Below are positions 51,917-61,125 of a DNA stretch of 64,000 nucleotides, in pieces. Both the position numbers and the translations under genes were made by a program. The stretch comes from a virus. Under the pieces are notes generated by a model, which was not told the origin of the DNA, ran no database searches, and saw nothing but the letters and a program-made list of their open reading frames with translations. Where the stretch lies: positions 60,348 to 124,347 of the IMG/VR virus record IMGVR_UViG_3300020180_000010. The stretch is one strand, 5' to 3'. Position 1 is the first letter of the stretch. The number at the start of each line of letters is the position of its first letter.

Positions 51917-54865
51917 CTACTCTTGAGTAAATATAACCAGAAGATCAAATGTTCCGGCGGTAGTTGATGTTGCACATTTTACTGTCAGGCCTTCACCGGC
52001 TCTCAAAAGTACTGATTTTGAATCATTTGTTTTCTTTGCAAAAATTGGAAACATCGTTTGAAGATCATGATCAGAAGACTCAACGTCTTGTGCTCCGGGC
52101 CCCCATTCATCGCTGCTCCAAATATTTCGCCACAATAAAGTTGCCGATTCTCCCGCAACGGTTGCGTTGGTTCTGACGGTAACGTTTGAATCCAATGTAT
52201 CGGCTGAATCCATTTTTTCAATCGCCGTGATAGCGGTTCCAGCGGAATGACCTATTATTCGTCTTAATTCAAATGTAATCGCGACCCCCGTAACACCACT
52301 GACTTGAACATTTACTAGATAAATTTCTTGTATTTTTATTCTAACGGAGCTGCCTACTGCATTCAGAATAGACCACATAGATTTATTATTAGCCGGAACG
52401 ATTGCCGTGGCGAGCGCAGTAAATGTTGCTAATTCTCTATACAGAACCGATACATTATTATTAGGACTGATCGCTACTACCAATGCTGGATCCGCTGCCA
52501 CGGCAGCTGTGCTGGCTGCTTTTACGGCAACCGGGCCATTCGTTGCATCGGTTATCTTGGTAGACCAGGCATTTGCCAAGGAAGCTGCGGTTCCTTGATT
52601 CGCCGTAACGGTACCGCTGACAGTTAATGTGGATTGATCCGATGCCAAAACAACAGGTGTAGAATTAGCAGATGTCTTTTGCCCTAATGTATTTATTCTG
52701 CCAGTAAATGTTGCATCGGCAAGTCGTGTTGATAGTGTAGTTTCGGTCGCGGCTCCGGTCGGAAGCGGTAACGATGCAGCACTGATGGGTTGAGTGACTC
52801 CAGAACCATCAACTCTTAATAATCCTCCTGTCGTAAGTGATAGTGCTGACATCTGACCAGTTGTATAGGTCGGAGCAGCAGTTGTTACGGATCCTCCGAT
52901 ATATGTAGCGCTGGCTGGAGGCGAAGACCCGGTTGTACTGACAGATGCATTATTAGCAGTAACGGTTCCTGTAACGGCAACTGTGTTGTTTGGAGATATC
53001 GCGACTACTAATGCCGGATCCGTCGCAACGGCAGCGGTACTGGCAGCCTTTACAGCTGTTCTGGTGCCTCTTGTCGTCGCGTCTTCAATTACTAAAATTT
53101 GAGCACGTTTCGTGTCAATTCTAGCGGCACCAGCATCATTTTCAGTTAATGCGGTACCGGCTGTTTCATCGAAAATAAAACCAATCGGCTGTACTCTAGT
53201 CGTACCATCAGTAAATACTGCATTGTCGACCAGACCAACAGTAGCAGAGGCATTGACCGTTACGGCTCCTTGATCTGAGGCAATAACGACTGGTATTGAA
53301 TTTGCGCTAGTTTTTGAGCCAACCGTAGGAGCGGTTGAGCCGATCCAACTAGAATTATCTATTCTTAATGAACCGGTTGTAGTTAATGATAACGCTCCAA
53401 GATTTCCTGTTGTATAGGTAGGCGCGGCCGTTGTAACGGCTCCGCCTGAAAGAGATGCCGTTGCAGGTGTAGCGGAACCCGTTGCAGATTCGGAAGCTAT
53501 CTGGGCTCTAAGATTCGCAGCAGTGGATTGAGATGCCGTTACAGCGATACTGCTTTGATCGGAAGCGATCACAACAGGTGTAGAATTGGCAGATGTTTTT
53601 TGCCCTAATGTATTAATTCTGGCCGTAAAAGTAGCATCGGCGAGACGAGTCGATAGGGTGGTTTCGGTAGCCGCACCAGTAGGAAGTGGTAACGATACAG
53701 CGCTGATAGGCTGGGTTGACCCGGATCCATCTGTTCGCAACAATCCTCCGGTCGTAAGGGAAAGAGCATTCATTTGCCCATTCGTATAAGACGGTGTCCC
53801 TGACGTTACCGAACCACCAATATAAGTAGCGCTGGCTGGAGGACTGGTCCCGGTAAGACTTACGGATGGATTGGTAGCGGTGATGCTTGAATTTGGACTT
53901 ATCGAAACAACTAAAGCTGGATCTGTTGCGAGCGGCGCAGTACTGGCGGCTTTTACTGTTGCGGTGTTGGTTCCGTCAGTAATCCTTGTTGTTTGGGTTC
54001 CACCGGTAAGAGTTGCGTCGAGAGCCAAACCCCCTGTTGTTCCGATGTTGGAAGTTACGGTTCCGGAAACAGGTTGAGTAGTGCTGGATCCATCTACTCT
54101 TAAAGCTCCGGCAGTAGTTAATGAAAATGGGTTTATATTTCCAGTAGAGTAGGTAGGTGATGCGGTGGTAACGGAACCACCTACAAGAATCTGAGTGTTA
54201 GATCCTAATGCAGTTGATTGGGTTATTGTTAACTTGGCAACTGTTGCGTCGAGAGCTAATCCGCCAGTAGTGCCGATATTTGCCGTTACGGTTCCATTGA
54301 CCGGCTGAGTTACTGCGGAACCATCTACTTTTAAAGCATTAGAGCCCGTAACCGTAGCAGAATTGCCACCTTGATTAATTGTAGTTAACCAGGGAGTCGT
54401 ATTGGCAGTATTTCCTGGCTGTACAGTCCAGGTTCCGGATTGAGTTGCGGAAACTGTTCCGGATACATTGACATTTCTTCCAGTATTGATATCGACGACC
54501 GAAACATTAACTCCGGTAAATGTAGCTCCGGCTCCTGAAATTACCCATGAAACATTAACCGCACCTCCAGATAACGGATTGAGGGTCAGGCTAGTAATGA
54601 CAGGTGCCGAATATGGCCCGAGTGATCCAGAAGAACCGAAGGTTGTTGTCTGATCGATCGGATCTACTTCATTAATATTAAAAGTAAGCTGAGGTGATGT
54701 TCCGGTTGGAGTTCCCGTGATATTAACTATTACTTTTAAATCTGGAGACGAAAACCCTGTCAGGACAATGTTTCCGTTCGTCGTAACGGTAGCATTAGAT
54801 AGAGCAATCTGATGGTTCAGATTCTCAATTACTGGTTGCGGTCCTAAAAAGAATATTCCGGACAT
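51917..54865 (-). CDS. Modular repeat fibre protein (paralogous shaft)
   Basis: 982 aa; same repeat families as the downstream gene in a different order, with unrelated termini. Confidence 0.8.
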   Translation of the reverse strand: MSGIFFLGPQPVIENLNHQIALSNATVTTNGNIVLTGFSSPDLKVIVNITGTPTGTSPQLTFNINEVDPIDQTTTFGSSGSLGPYSAPVITSLTLNPLSGGAVNVSWVISGAGATFTGVNVSVVDINTGRNVNVSGTVSATQSGTWTVQPGNTANTTPWLTTINQGGNSATVTGSNALKVDGSAVTQPVNGTVTANIGTTGGLALDATVAKLTITQSTALGSNTQILVGGSVTTASPTYSTGNINPFSLTTAGALRVDGSSTTQPVSGTVTSNIGTTGGLALDATLTGGTQTTRITDGTNTATVKAASTAPLATDPALVVSISPNSSITATNPSVSLTGTSPPASATYIGGSVTSGTPSYTNGQMNALSLTTGGLLRTDGSGSTQPISAVSLPLPTGAATETTLSTRLADATFTARINTLGQKTSANSTPVVIASDQSSIAVTASQSTAANLRAQIASESATGSATPATASLSGGAVTTAAPTYTTGNLGALSLTTTGSLRIDNSSWIGSTAPTVGSKTSANSIPVVIASDQGAVTVNASATVGLVDNAVFTDGTTRVQPIGFIFDETAGTALTENDAGAARIDTKRAQILVIEDATTRGTRTAVKAASTAAVATDPALVVAISPNNTVAVTGTVTANNASVSTTGSSPPASATYIGGSVTTAAPTYTTGQMSALSLTTGGLLRVDGSGVTQPISAASLPLPTGAATETTLSTRLADATFTGRINTLGQKTSANSTPVVLASDQSTLTVSGTVTANQGTAASLANAWSTKITDATNGPVAVKAASTAAVAADPALVVAISPNNNVSVLYRELATFTALATAIVPANNKSMWSILNAVGSSVRIKIQEIYLVNVQVSGVTGVAITFELRRIIGHSAGTAITAIEKMDSADTLDSNVTVRTNATVAGESATLLWRNIWSSDEWGPGAQDVESSDHDLQTMFPIFAKKTNDSKSVLLRAGEGLTVKCATSTTAGTFDLLVIFTQE

Positions 54866-55563
54866 TAAATGTTCCTAACCGATGCTATGGCCGTGACTGT
54901 ATTGCCGGAATAAGTCATTGTGCTGGTCAACTGCGCCACTACTGTTGATCCGTTAGCCGCATACACTCTAATAACTTCAGTCGTTACCTTATTAGATGTA
55001 TAGGTATAATCTATTCGTTTTAAATTCGTAAGATCAGTTCTTTTCCAAGTTTCTTGTGTAATATTATTATTTGTCTTTATATTAGAATAGTTATTATCTG
55101 GCCTCGGAGGATCTACAGATAACAAAAGATCATAATTTAAAGTAGTGCTTCCGATAGATGTCGCGAGTTGTTGAATTGCATTCTGAACATCCGTAGCCGA
55201 GACAGCTGTCAATCCGGCCGGATTGAATCCAACTCTTAGAGATCCAGAATCGTACAGAAGATCCGCAGTCCCACCGGTAGAAGTGACGATCGATTCCACA
55301 ACATCAATAGTGGTACTGTTGATGATAGAATTTATCGTATAGGTTCCCGCGGCTGCCGAACCGGTTATTTGGATCAAATCTCCCGCTTCAACCTGAACAT
55401 CCGGATTATTAAATGTAAATCCCGATACAACAATTATGTTTGTTCCGGTGGTTGTAGAGACGATCGTAATGGTAGCGAAATATACTAATGTGGCGTCGGA
55501 TATTAATTCATCCGCGTCAACAATTTCTGCATCAATAATGTCTTCTTTACGGATCTTGGACAT
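54865..55563 (-). CDS. Hypothetical virion protein
   Basis: 232 aa, beta-rich; VEAGDLIQITGS..GTYTINSI module and ATDVQNAIQQL linker typical of fibre proteins. Confidence 0.65.
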   Translation of the reverse strand: MSKIRKEDIIDAEIVDADELISDATLVYFATITIVSTTTGTNIIVVSGFTFNNPDVQVEAGDLIQITGSAAAGTYTINSIINSTTIDVVESIVTSTGGTADLLYDSGSLRVGFNPAGLTAVSATDVQNAIQQLATSIGSTTLNYDLLLSVDPPRPDNNYSNIKTNNNITQETWKRTDLTNLKRIDYTYTSNKVTTEVIRVYAANGSTVVAQLTSTMTYSGNTVTAIASVRNI

Positions 55564-55605
55564 CTACCTTAATAATAAGATAATGCCAATCAGGACTTAA
55601 GCTTA

Positions 55606-56046
55606 TTATTTCTTATTTCGTTTTTTATCTATTGTTTGTGAAAGATCCTGAACTGAAATAAATGTTGACTTCTCTTGTTCTTCAATTAATTTTTTAATAT
55701 TTTCTTTTTCTTGATCCGTCATATCATCTTCAGATTGTTTCTTTTGAGCTTCACGTATTTTTTCTTCCGCAATTTGTTTTTCAGCCATCAATACGAACGA
55801 ATTCAATACATTGTATACAATACTGCTCTGCATTGCAAATGCAGACGCTTGCCCGTCCAGGGTTGCGGCTTGACGTCGTAATGTTTCGGCCTGTTGAACG
55901 CATGTTTGACGTTGGCGTTCAGATTCATTCATGATTTGAATCATCGTAGCTTCGTAAAATTCACGAAGCTTCGGATCCAATACTTCTTGTTCCACCGCAT
56001 CAATGATTCGTTTTCTTAACTTATTAAGATCTTCTTGATATGACAT
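55606..56046 (-). CDS. Coiled-coil hypothetical protein
   Basis: 146 aa, Glu/Gln/Lys-rich. Confidence 0.65.
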   Translation of the reverse strand: MSYQEDLNKLRKRIIDAVEQEVLDPKLREFYEATMIQIMNESERQRQTCVQQAETLRRQAATLDGQASAFAMQSSIVYNVLNSFVLMAEKQIAEEKIREAQKKQSEDDMTDQEKENIKKLIEEQEKSTFISVQDLSQTIDKKRNKK

Positions 56047-56054
56047 ATGGCTCT

Positions 56055-56297
56055 TTATAATTTTTTCAATTGCTGTCTTTTAATTTTAGCCACATGATTC
56101 GCAATAATCAAACATGGCTCACACACCACTGTATCTATATCGTTTGATTTTAAATGGTAAAATCTTGTTGGTTCGGGCTCGGTTCCGGGACCCAAACGTC
56201 GAAAAAATTCAGGCGCGGTGTGCCCAGAACTACACCAATGGTTCATCGGAGGTTCTTCCGTTTGGGAAATTACTAAATCCGGAACAGTTGGCCGCAT
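56055..56297 (-). CDS. Small putative zinc-binding protein
   Basis: 80 aa with CSSGH and CEPC. Confidence 0.55.
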   Translation of the reverse strand: MRPTVPDLVISQTEEPPMNHWCSSGHTAPEFFRRLGPGTEPEPTRFYHLKSNDIDTVVCEPCLIIANHVAKIKRQQLKKL

Positions 56298-56317
56298 ACT
56301 ACTATACCAAAAATATA

Positions 56318-56362
56318 ATGGGTCGGAAGAAGATTGTTCTGAATCAATCCCTTCCGACCCAT
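56318..56362 (-). terminator. Intrinsic terminator-like hairpin
   Basis: ATGGGTCGGAAG...CTTCCGACCCAT 12-bp inverted repeat followed by TATATTTTT on the minus strand. Confidence 0.65.
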
Positions 56363-56382
56363 CTGTCTAGATCAGGTATATA

Positions 56383-57879
56383 TTACGCGTACAGGTAATA
56401 ATTGATATGGTCTTTATTTTTAACTTTTTGATAAAACGTAATGCTGGTCGTGCTGGTTTCGGCGTAATCATTTCCAGTCAGAACCGGACCTGGATCCTGA
56501 AGCAATCCTCTAACGAAAACAGTTAAATTCTGACCATTATTAGTACCGTCGAGAGTATAGGACTGACCACCCGGCAGTGTATGTGCGGTTCCGGCCGGGA
56601 TATCCGCAGCCAGGCGCTCGATCGTTCTGACAAAAGTAGACGCGGCGATACTGTTTGATAGAGCCTGAAGAGATGCCGTAAGAGTCTGACCGCTCGTAAG
56701 GATACCGCCTGTATAAACACGATCTCCGATTTGAGTATTTAGCGTATTTAGAGCTTCGACAACTGACGGGGTTCCGTCAGGAAGATTGCTAAACACGAAA
56801 AAGTTAGTTGTATTGGTAAGGAGACCAGCAAGACTCGTAACGTTATCTCCGATACCAATGGTCGTACGGATATCATTAATATCTTGAGTTGTATCGGCAT
56901 CACCGATGATACCATTAACAAGAGTCGTACGGAGCGCCGTATCAGTCATTAGGTCAAGACGCTCACGGTAACCGTAATACATATCAACGGTTGTTGGCTG
57001 AGCCGCTTCCCATGTGTACGCGACGGATGTTGAAAGTGCTGCATTTTTCGCAACCGCACGGAATTCAACTTCAACTGTATTGGGAGATGTCGAGGATCCT
57101 GCACGCGTTCTACCATAAATACGTTTTCCGGCATCGCCACCCGCCAGAACTTCCAACGCTGCCTCGGTGAGCGGATTGATAATCTCAACATAGCTGGATT
57201 CAAATGCACCGGCATCCGCTCCGTCTTGAATCGGTACACCCGTTCTATCGGTAGAAGTGGCGTGTTTAAGATTACCAGTATCGGAAAGAGTAATGAATGT
57301 ATTGGTTACGGCGGTTGTTACGGCGTCAAATTTACGAGTAATCGTTAATGCCTTGGCATCGGTTGTTTTGTTTGCAATATTTGAAAGATTCGCCGGAACG
57401 TTCGTACCGACTGCCGTGGGACGCTGATACGTCGGAATCGGCGCAGAAAATGCCACACCCTTAATAGCGGCACGATCTGTTCTGGTGTAGTTGATATCAT
57501 CTTCCAACATATACGGGCCACGTTCGGTCCACGTGATAGCACCGTTGTTTGCATCCGGAGCTACACCTGACGCATTACCAACTTTTACAGAGGTGGCAGA
57601 AATAAATTCACTTATTTCAAATGTACCGTTGTTACCTCCTGATGCGGCTCCGGAAACTGTCAAGAATCTTCCTCGTGATGAGGCAGTCATACCGGTCAAT
57701 CCGGTAAGTGTCGATTCTCCAGCGCTGAATACCGTAATGTTCGCAACGGCTCCGGTTTGTCCAGAAAGAGGAGCGCCATAAAAAAGCGGCTCCTCCGCAA
57801 GGGTCATGGTTGGAGTTTGTGTAAAAGAACCAGCTATATCTAGAACCTGGTCCAAAAGATTATCAAGGGTTGTTGCCAT
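56383..57879 (-). CDS. Virion structural protein
   Basis: 498 aa, Thr/Ala-rich, flanked by an AT-rich leader and a terminator. C-terminal VFVRGLLQ..NDYAETSTTSITF is a common phage beta-domain. Confidence 0.7.
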   Translation of the reverse strand: MATTLDNLLDQVLDIAGSFTQTPTMTLAEEPLFYGAPLSGQTGAVANITVFSAGESTLTGLTGMTASSRGRFLTVSGAASGGNNGTFEISEFISATSVKVGNASGVAPDANNGAITWTERGPYMLEDDINYTRTDRAAIKGVAFSAPIPTYQRPTAVGTNVPANLSNIANKTTDAKALTITRKFDAVTTAVTNTFITLSDTGNLKHATSTDRTGVPIQDGADAGAFESSYVEIINPLTEAALEVLAGGDAGKRIYGRTRAGSSTSPNTVEVEFRAVAKNAALSTSVAYTWEAAQPTTVDMYYGYRERLDLMTDTALRTTLVNGIIGDADTTQDINDIRTTIGIGDNVTSLAGLLTNTTNFFVFSNLPDGTPSVVEALNTLNTQIGDRVYTGGILTSGQTLTASLQALSNSIAASTFVRTIERLAADIPAGTAHTLPGGQSYTLDGTNNGQNLTVFVRGLLQDPGPVLTGNDYAETSTTSITFYQKVKNKDHINYYLYA

Positions 57880-58004
57880 TTTTGTTTCCGTTTAATAAAG
57901 GACTAAAATACTAACTCACTCACGCACTTATTGTAAATTTATGTTAAATTATAACTATAAAAGTTGTCATTGATATATAATACAAATTTAACCACTTATA
58001 ATAA

Positions 58005-58649
58005 TTAGTTCTGTACAACATAATCGCACATTAACTGGCTTCTCGCAGCTGGACTGAAGCTTGTAATGATGACCGTATCGTACCCTGTTCCGGGTCCAGC
58101 TGATTCCTGTACGATATATTCGGAATCCTGTTTTAATGTTCTACCGTTATGTCGGACTTGAATTCGGAAAAGATTTCCGCTATACATTCCGTTAATAAAT
58201 CTATCAGGTGTGGTGAATATTCTGTTTGCAGCATTCGTTACACCGATCAACTGAACACCCTGTCTGAATACATAATCCAATGTCACGGGGGTTCCTCCAC
58301 CTCCGGTAATGGTCCCGGGCACGATCTGATCAATACCAATTTCCGTTCCTTTAATTATTCCAGAATCTTTCAAAAACTGCTTCTGTTCATCATTAAATTG
58401 CAGAAGATCAATATCACTGCACGTCACGATAATCTCTTTTGCAAACAACTTAACCATAATCTCGCCTTTTAGTAAGGAAGATCTGATATCAGCCTCGGCT
58501 ACGCCCGGAATATCAAGGAGATCTCTCTCGTATCCATACGTTATAGGATAATGAAATATTCTTACTGTTTTCTTTGGATCTGAAATATTACGTACGGTAA
58601 AACATTGACGTTTCTTTTGAAACGGAGCAAAATCATTCATTCCAGACAT
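58005..58649 (-). CDS. Hypothetical virion protein
   Basis: 214 aa; C-terminal NRIFTTP..HNGRTLKQDSEY..LMCDY beta-domain. Confidence 0.65.
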   Translation of the reverse strand: MSGMNDFAPFQKKRQCFTVRNISDPKKTVRIFHYPITYGYERDLLDIPGVAEADIRSSLLKGEIMVKLFAKEIIVTCSDIDLLQFNDEQKQFLKDSGIIKGTEIGIDQIVPGTITGGGGTPVTLDYVFRQGVQLIGVTNAANRIFTTPDRFINGMYSGNLFRIQVRHNGRTLKQDSEYIVQESAGPGTGYDTVIITSFSPAARSQLMCDYVVQN

Positions 58650-58665
58650 GGCTATTGTCTCCTGA

Positions 58666-59502
58666 TTATGGAATTGTGATTTCTAACTCTGGCTTTGCAA
58701 AAAATCCATCAACAATTTGATTCGTCATATCCTCATCTGAAACTTGCGAAACATTATCAGCTCGTTTTACCTGTAAATCCGGCTCAACACCTTGACTGAC
58801 CAATTTATCCTGAATGGTAATGGTGACGCTTCTCTGGACTTCAGGGTTTTCTTTACTAGCCTTTACATCACCAAAAAGCTTCTCAATCAATGGATCAGAT
58901 GATTTTTGTAAATTATTCTGAACCGGCGCACTATTCTTACTGATCCCGCCAAGATTATAATTTGCATAAATTGTTTTATGCAGCAAACGCTCATCTCGAT
59001 CAATAATTAATTGTCTAAGTTCTTTCTGGTCTAATTTTTCAATATCTTCCGGTCGTAAACGATAACGAAGATAAAGTAATTCTTCAAGATAATTTAATTG
59101 TGGTTTAAAGAAATCAAAATCTTTTTGTTCTATCCTGAGTGTACTGTTGAGTGTCGCGGATAAAATTCTACAATAACTATCCAGCCAATCCGGGTCTCCA
59201 TTAAAATCTTCTTTTATCGCATCCACGACTGATTTTAATTTGAAAAATGTTTTGATCTTATCAGATGAATCTTTATCAATGAATGGTTCTGACCGATGAT
59301 AATTTTGTAGATTACGACGAGGATTTATTTGTGTTTCTTGATCAAATCTTCTTGTGTCGAAAGCAACCTTTATGATTTCACCTTTGGATGACACTGCATT
59401 CTTTATATGATTGATTCGCAAAGAACGAGCGGCGTCACGAGTCTGATCATCACGATTCAGGGCGTTTAGTATTTCATAAGTATATGCGTATAATTTAATC
59501 AC
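58666..59502 (-). CDS. Hypothetical protein
   Basis: 278-aa ORF, no recognised motif. Confidence 0.65.
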   Translation of the reverse strand: MIKLYAYTYEILNALNRDDQTRDAARSLRINHIKNAVSSKGEIIKVAFDTRRFDQETQINPRRNLQNYHRSEPFIDKDSSDKIKTFFKLKSVVDAIKEDFNGDPDWLDSYCRILSATLNSTLRIEQKDFDFFKPQLNYLEELLYLRYRLRPEDIEKLDQKELRQLIIDRDERLLHKTIYANYNLGGISKNSAPVQNNLQKSSDPLIEKLFGDVKASKENPEVQRSVTITIQDKLVSQGVEPDLQVKRADNVSQVSDEDMTNQIVDGFFAKPELEITIP

Positions 59503-60238
59503 GACTGGTGTCTATATGTCTAGAAATGGGTTGTTCCGTACAATATGGAAACGTATCTACCTTACAATTAAATTTTTCACAAAACTGTTCCATATCAAAC
59601 CTAGTTATACAATTAAGTCCTGAATTTATAGAATTCATTACAGATCTATTGCCATCACGATGTACCAATCCTAATATATGTCCAAGCTCATGCAAAGCTA
59701 CTGACCTGAACTGTTTAGTGTTGGACATCCTACTCTGAACCAGTCCAATTCTAAAATTTTTCCAAGATTCATCTCTTTTCGCGAATCCTAAAACATTTAG
59801 TTTTTGTTTATAGATTGTAAGTGTCAAAGTATCCAGGTCAGTAATGATTGGGTCTGTATCCTGTACCACCTGTATAATGTTTCGATCCGGTGCAAATTCA
59901 GATGAACCGACATGCGAATAGGACCAGATCAGATTGAACTGAACTGTATTTACCGTGACTCGCTCCCATTCCTGAACTGCTTTTTGTAATTCAAGTAATT
60001 CTACAGATTCAAATCGGTAATCAACATATATTGTTGCGTTGAATACTGTATCGTTACTAACGGGCCACGTAACGGGCTGGACCGGAGCTGCCCGGATGAT
60101 TGGTATTTTAGCTTTTCTACTTCCTTCGCAAGATAAAGAAAAAACTACGATAGCGCAGAGTATTAGACAGGGAAGGAACTTCGTGAGAAGTTTATTCCAG
60201 ATTTTTCTTACGCCCCGTTGAAAGGCGAGACCCTGCAC
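59495..60238 (-). CDS. Matrixin-family (metzincin) metalloprotease, probably exported/lipoprotein
   Basis: HELGHILGLVH zinc motif with SVM Met-turn; N-terminal hydrophobic stretch ending FSLSC (lipobox-like). Confidence 0.85.
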   Translation of the reverse strand: MQGLAFQRGVRKIWNKLLTKFLPCLILCAIVVFSLSCEGSRKAKIPIIRAAPVQPVTWPVSNDTVFNATIYVDYRFESVELLELQKAVQEWERVTVNTVQFNLIWSYSHVGSSEFAPDRNIIQVVQDTDPIITDLDTLTLTIYKQKLNVLGFAKRDESWKNFRIGLVQSRMSNTKQFRSVALHELGHILGLVHRDGNRSVMNSINSGLNCITRFDMEQFCEKFNCKVDTFPYCTEQPISRHIDTSRD

Positions 60239-60262
60239 ACTTATATGTTGTATTATTCAAAT

Positions 60263-60325
60263 AACTAAGGCCCGGAAGTTACCTCCCGAGCCTTAATTAG
60301 AGAAAGGATGGTCAGGCCATCCCTT
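60263..60325 (-). terminator. Tandem hairpins after the major capsid gene
   Basis: GGATGG-CCTGA-CCATCC, then AAGGCTCGGGAG-GTAA-CTTCCGGGCCTT followed by AGTTATTT. Confidence 0.65.
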
Positions 60326-60336
60326 CATATCAGTTA

Positions 60337-61125
60337 TCAGCCAGCCAGTACTGACTTACGACCAGCAGAAACGCCGCGGGCATTCAGGATGCCGCAACCG
60401 ACGATTTCCGACACAACCCAGCCAAGCGACAGGCGCTTGGGTTCGTCTGCCGGAAGAACTTCGATGTCCTGCCGAACCGGCATGACTCCGACGAATTCCG
60501 GATCCGCGCACGCAAACACCGTTCCCGGGGGAACGATCTTGCTTACGATGATATCCGCGCCCCAGATGTGAGCATAAAGCCCCGTCTGGAGAACTTCACG
60601 CTGCGAAACTGGATCAAGCTCGCCACCACCAACGCCCTGACCACCACCCGAACCCCACTTGAGGATATCGGTAAATTCATTGATGTTCATGAAGTACTTG
60701 GTCGTTACGAGGTCCCAACGATCAACCTGAACTTTCAGCTCAAGGAGGTCGCGTTTGAGAAGACCCGCGTCCGTAACGTCCTGAACGGTGTTTTCCACCG
60801 AAGCGGCTGAATCAAGCGCTGCGAAGACGTTCGCGTCTTCCTGAGCCATGATTTCCTGACGTGCCTTCTGAACCGCACGATCAATCACGTTGAACCGACG
60901 ACGCCGGACTTCCGCAATACGAACCGTGGGGTTGGATACGATTTCGAATTCCGGAACAACAACGCGATCACCGAATACACGGCTCTCCGGCGCTGAACCG
61001 TTGCTCGAAACAACTACCGCCGCGACATCAATATCACGGTCATACGTCGGTAGAGCGCCCTGCGGCAACATGTCTACAACAAGGGCTCTACGTGCCACCC
61101 CGTGGTAATCTAAATTTCTTCGGAT
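60337..61125 (-). CDS. Major capsid protein, exon 2 (HK97-like fold)
   Basis: IRRNLDYHGVARRALVVDMLPQGALPTYDRD...EIMAQEDANVFAAL...GWVVSEIVGCGILN. Joined to exon 1 it gives a continuous 334-aa protein. Confidence 0.9.
   Translation of the reverse strand: MRRNLDYHGVARRALVVDMLPQGALPTYDRDIDVAAVVVSSNGSAPESRVFGDRVVVPEFEIVSNPTVRIAEVRRRRFNVIDRAVQKARQEIMAQEDANVFAALDSAASVENTVQDVTDAGLLKRDLLELKVQVDRWDLVTTKYFMNINEFTDILKWGSGGGQGVGGGELDPVSQREVLQTGLYAHIWGADIIVSKIVPPGTVFACADPEFVGVMPVRQDIEVLPADEPKRLSLGWVVSEIVGCGILNARGVSAGRKSVLAG

Noticed and set aside
46992-54865. CRISPR array or diversity-generating retroelement in the repeats
   Set aside because: The repeats are in-frame coding modules varying at synonymous sites. 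There is no constant repeat-spacer period, no adenine-specific template/variable pair was noticed, and no reverse transcriptase is in the window.
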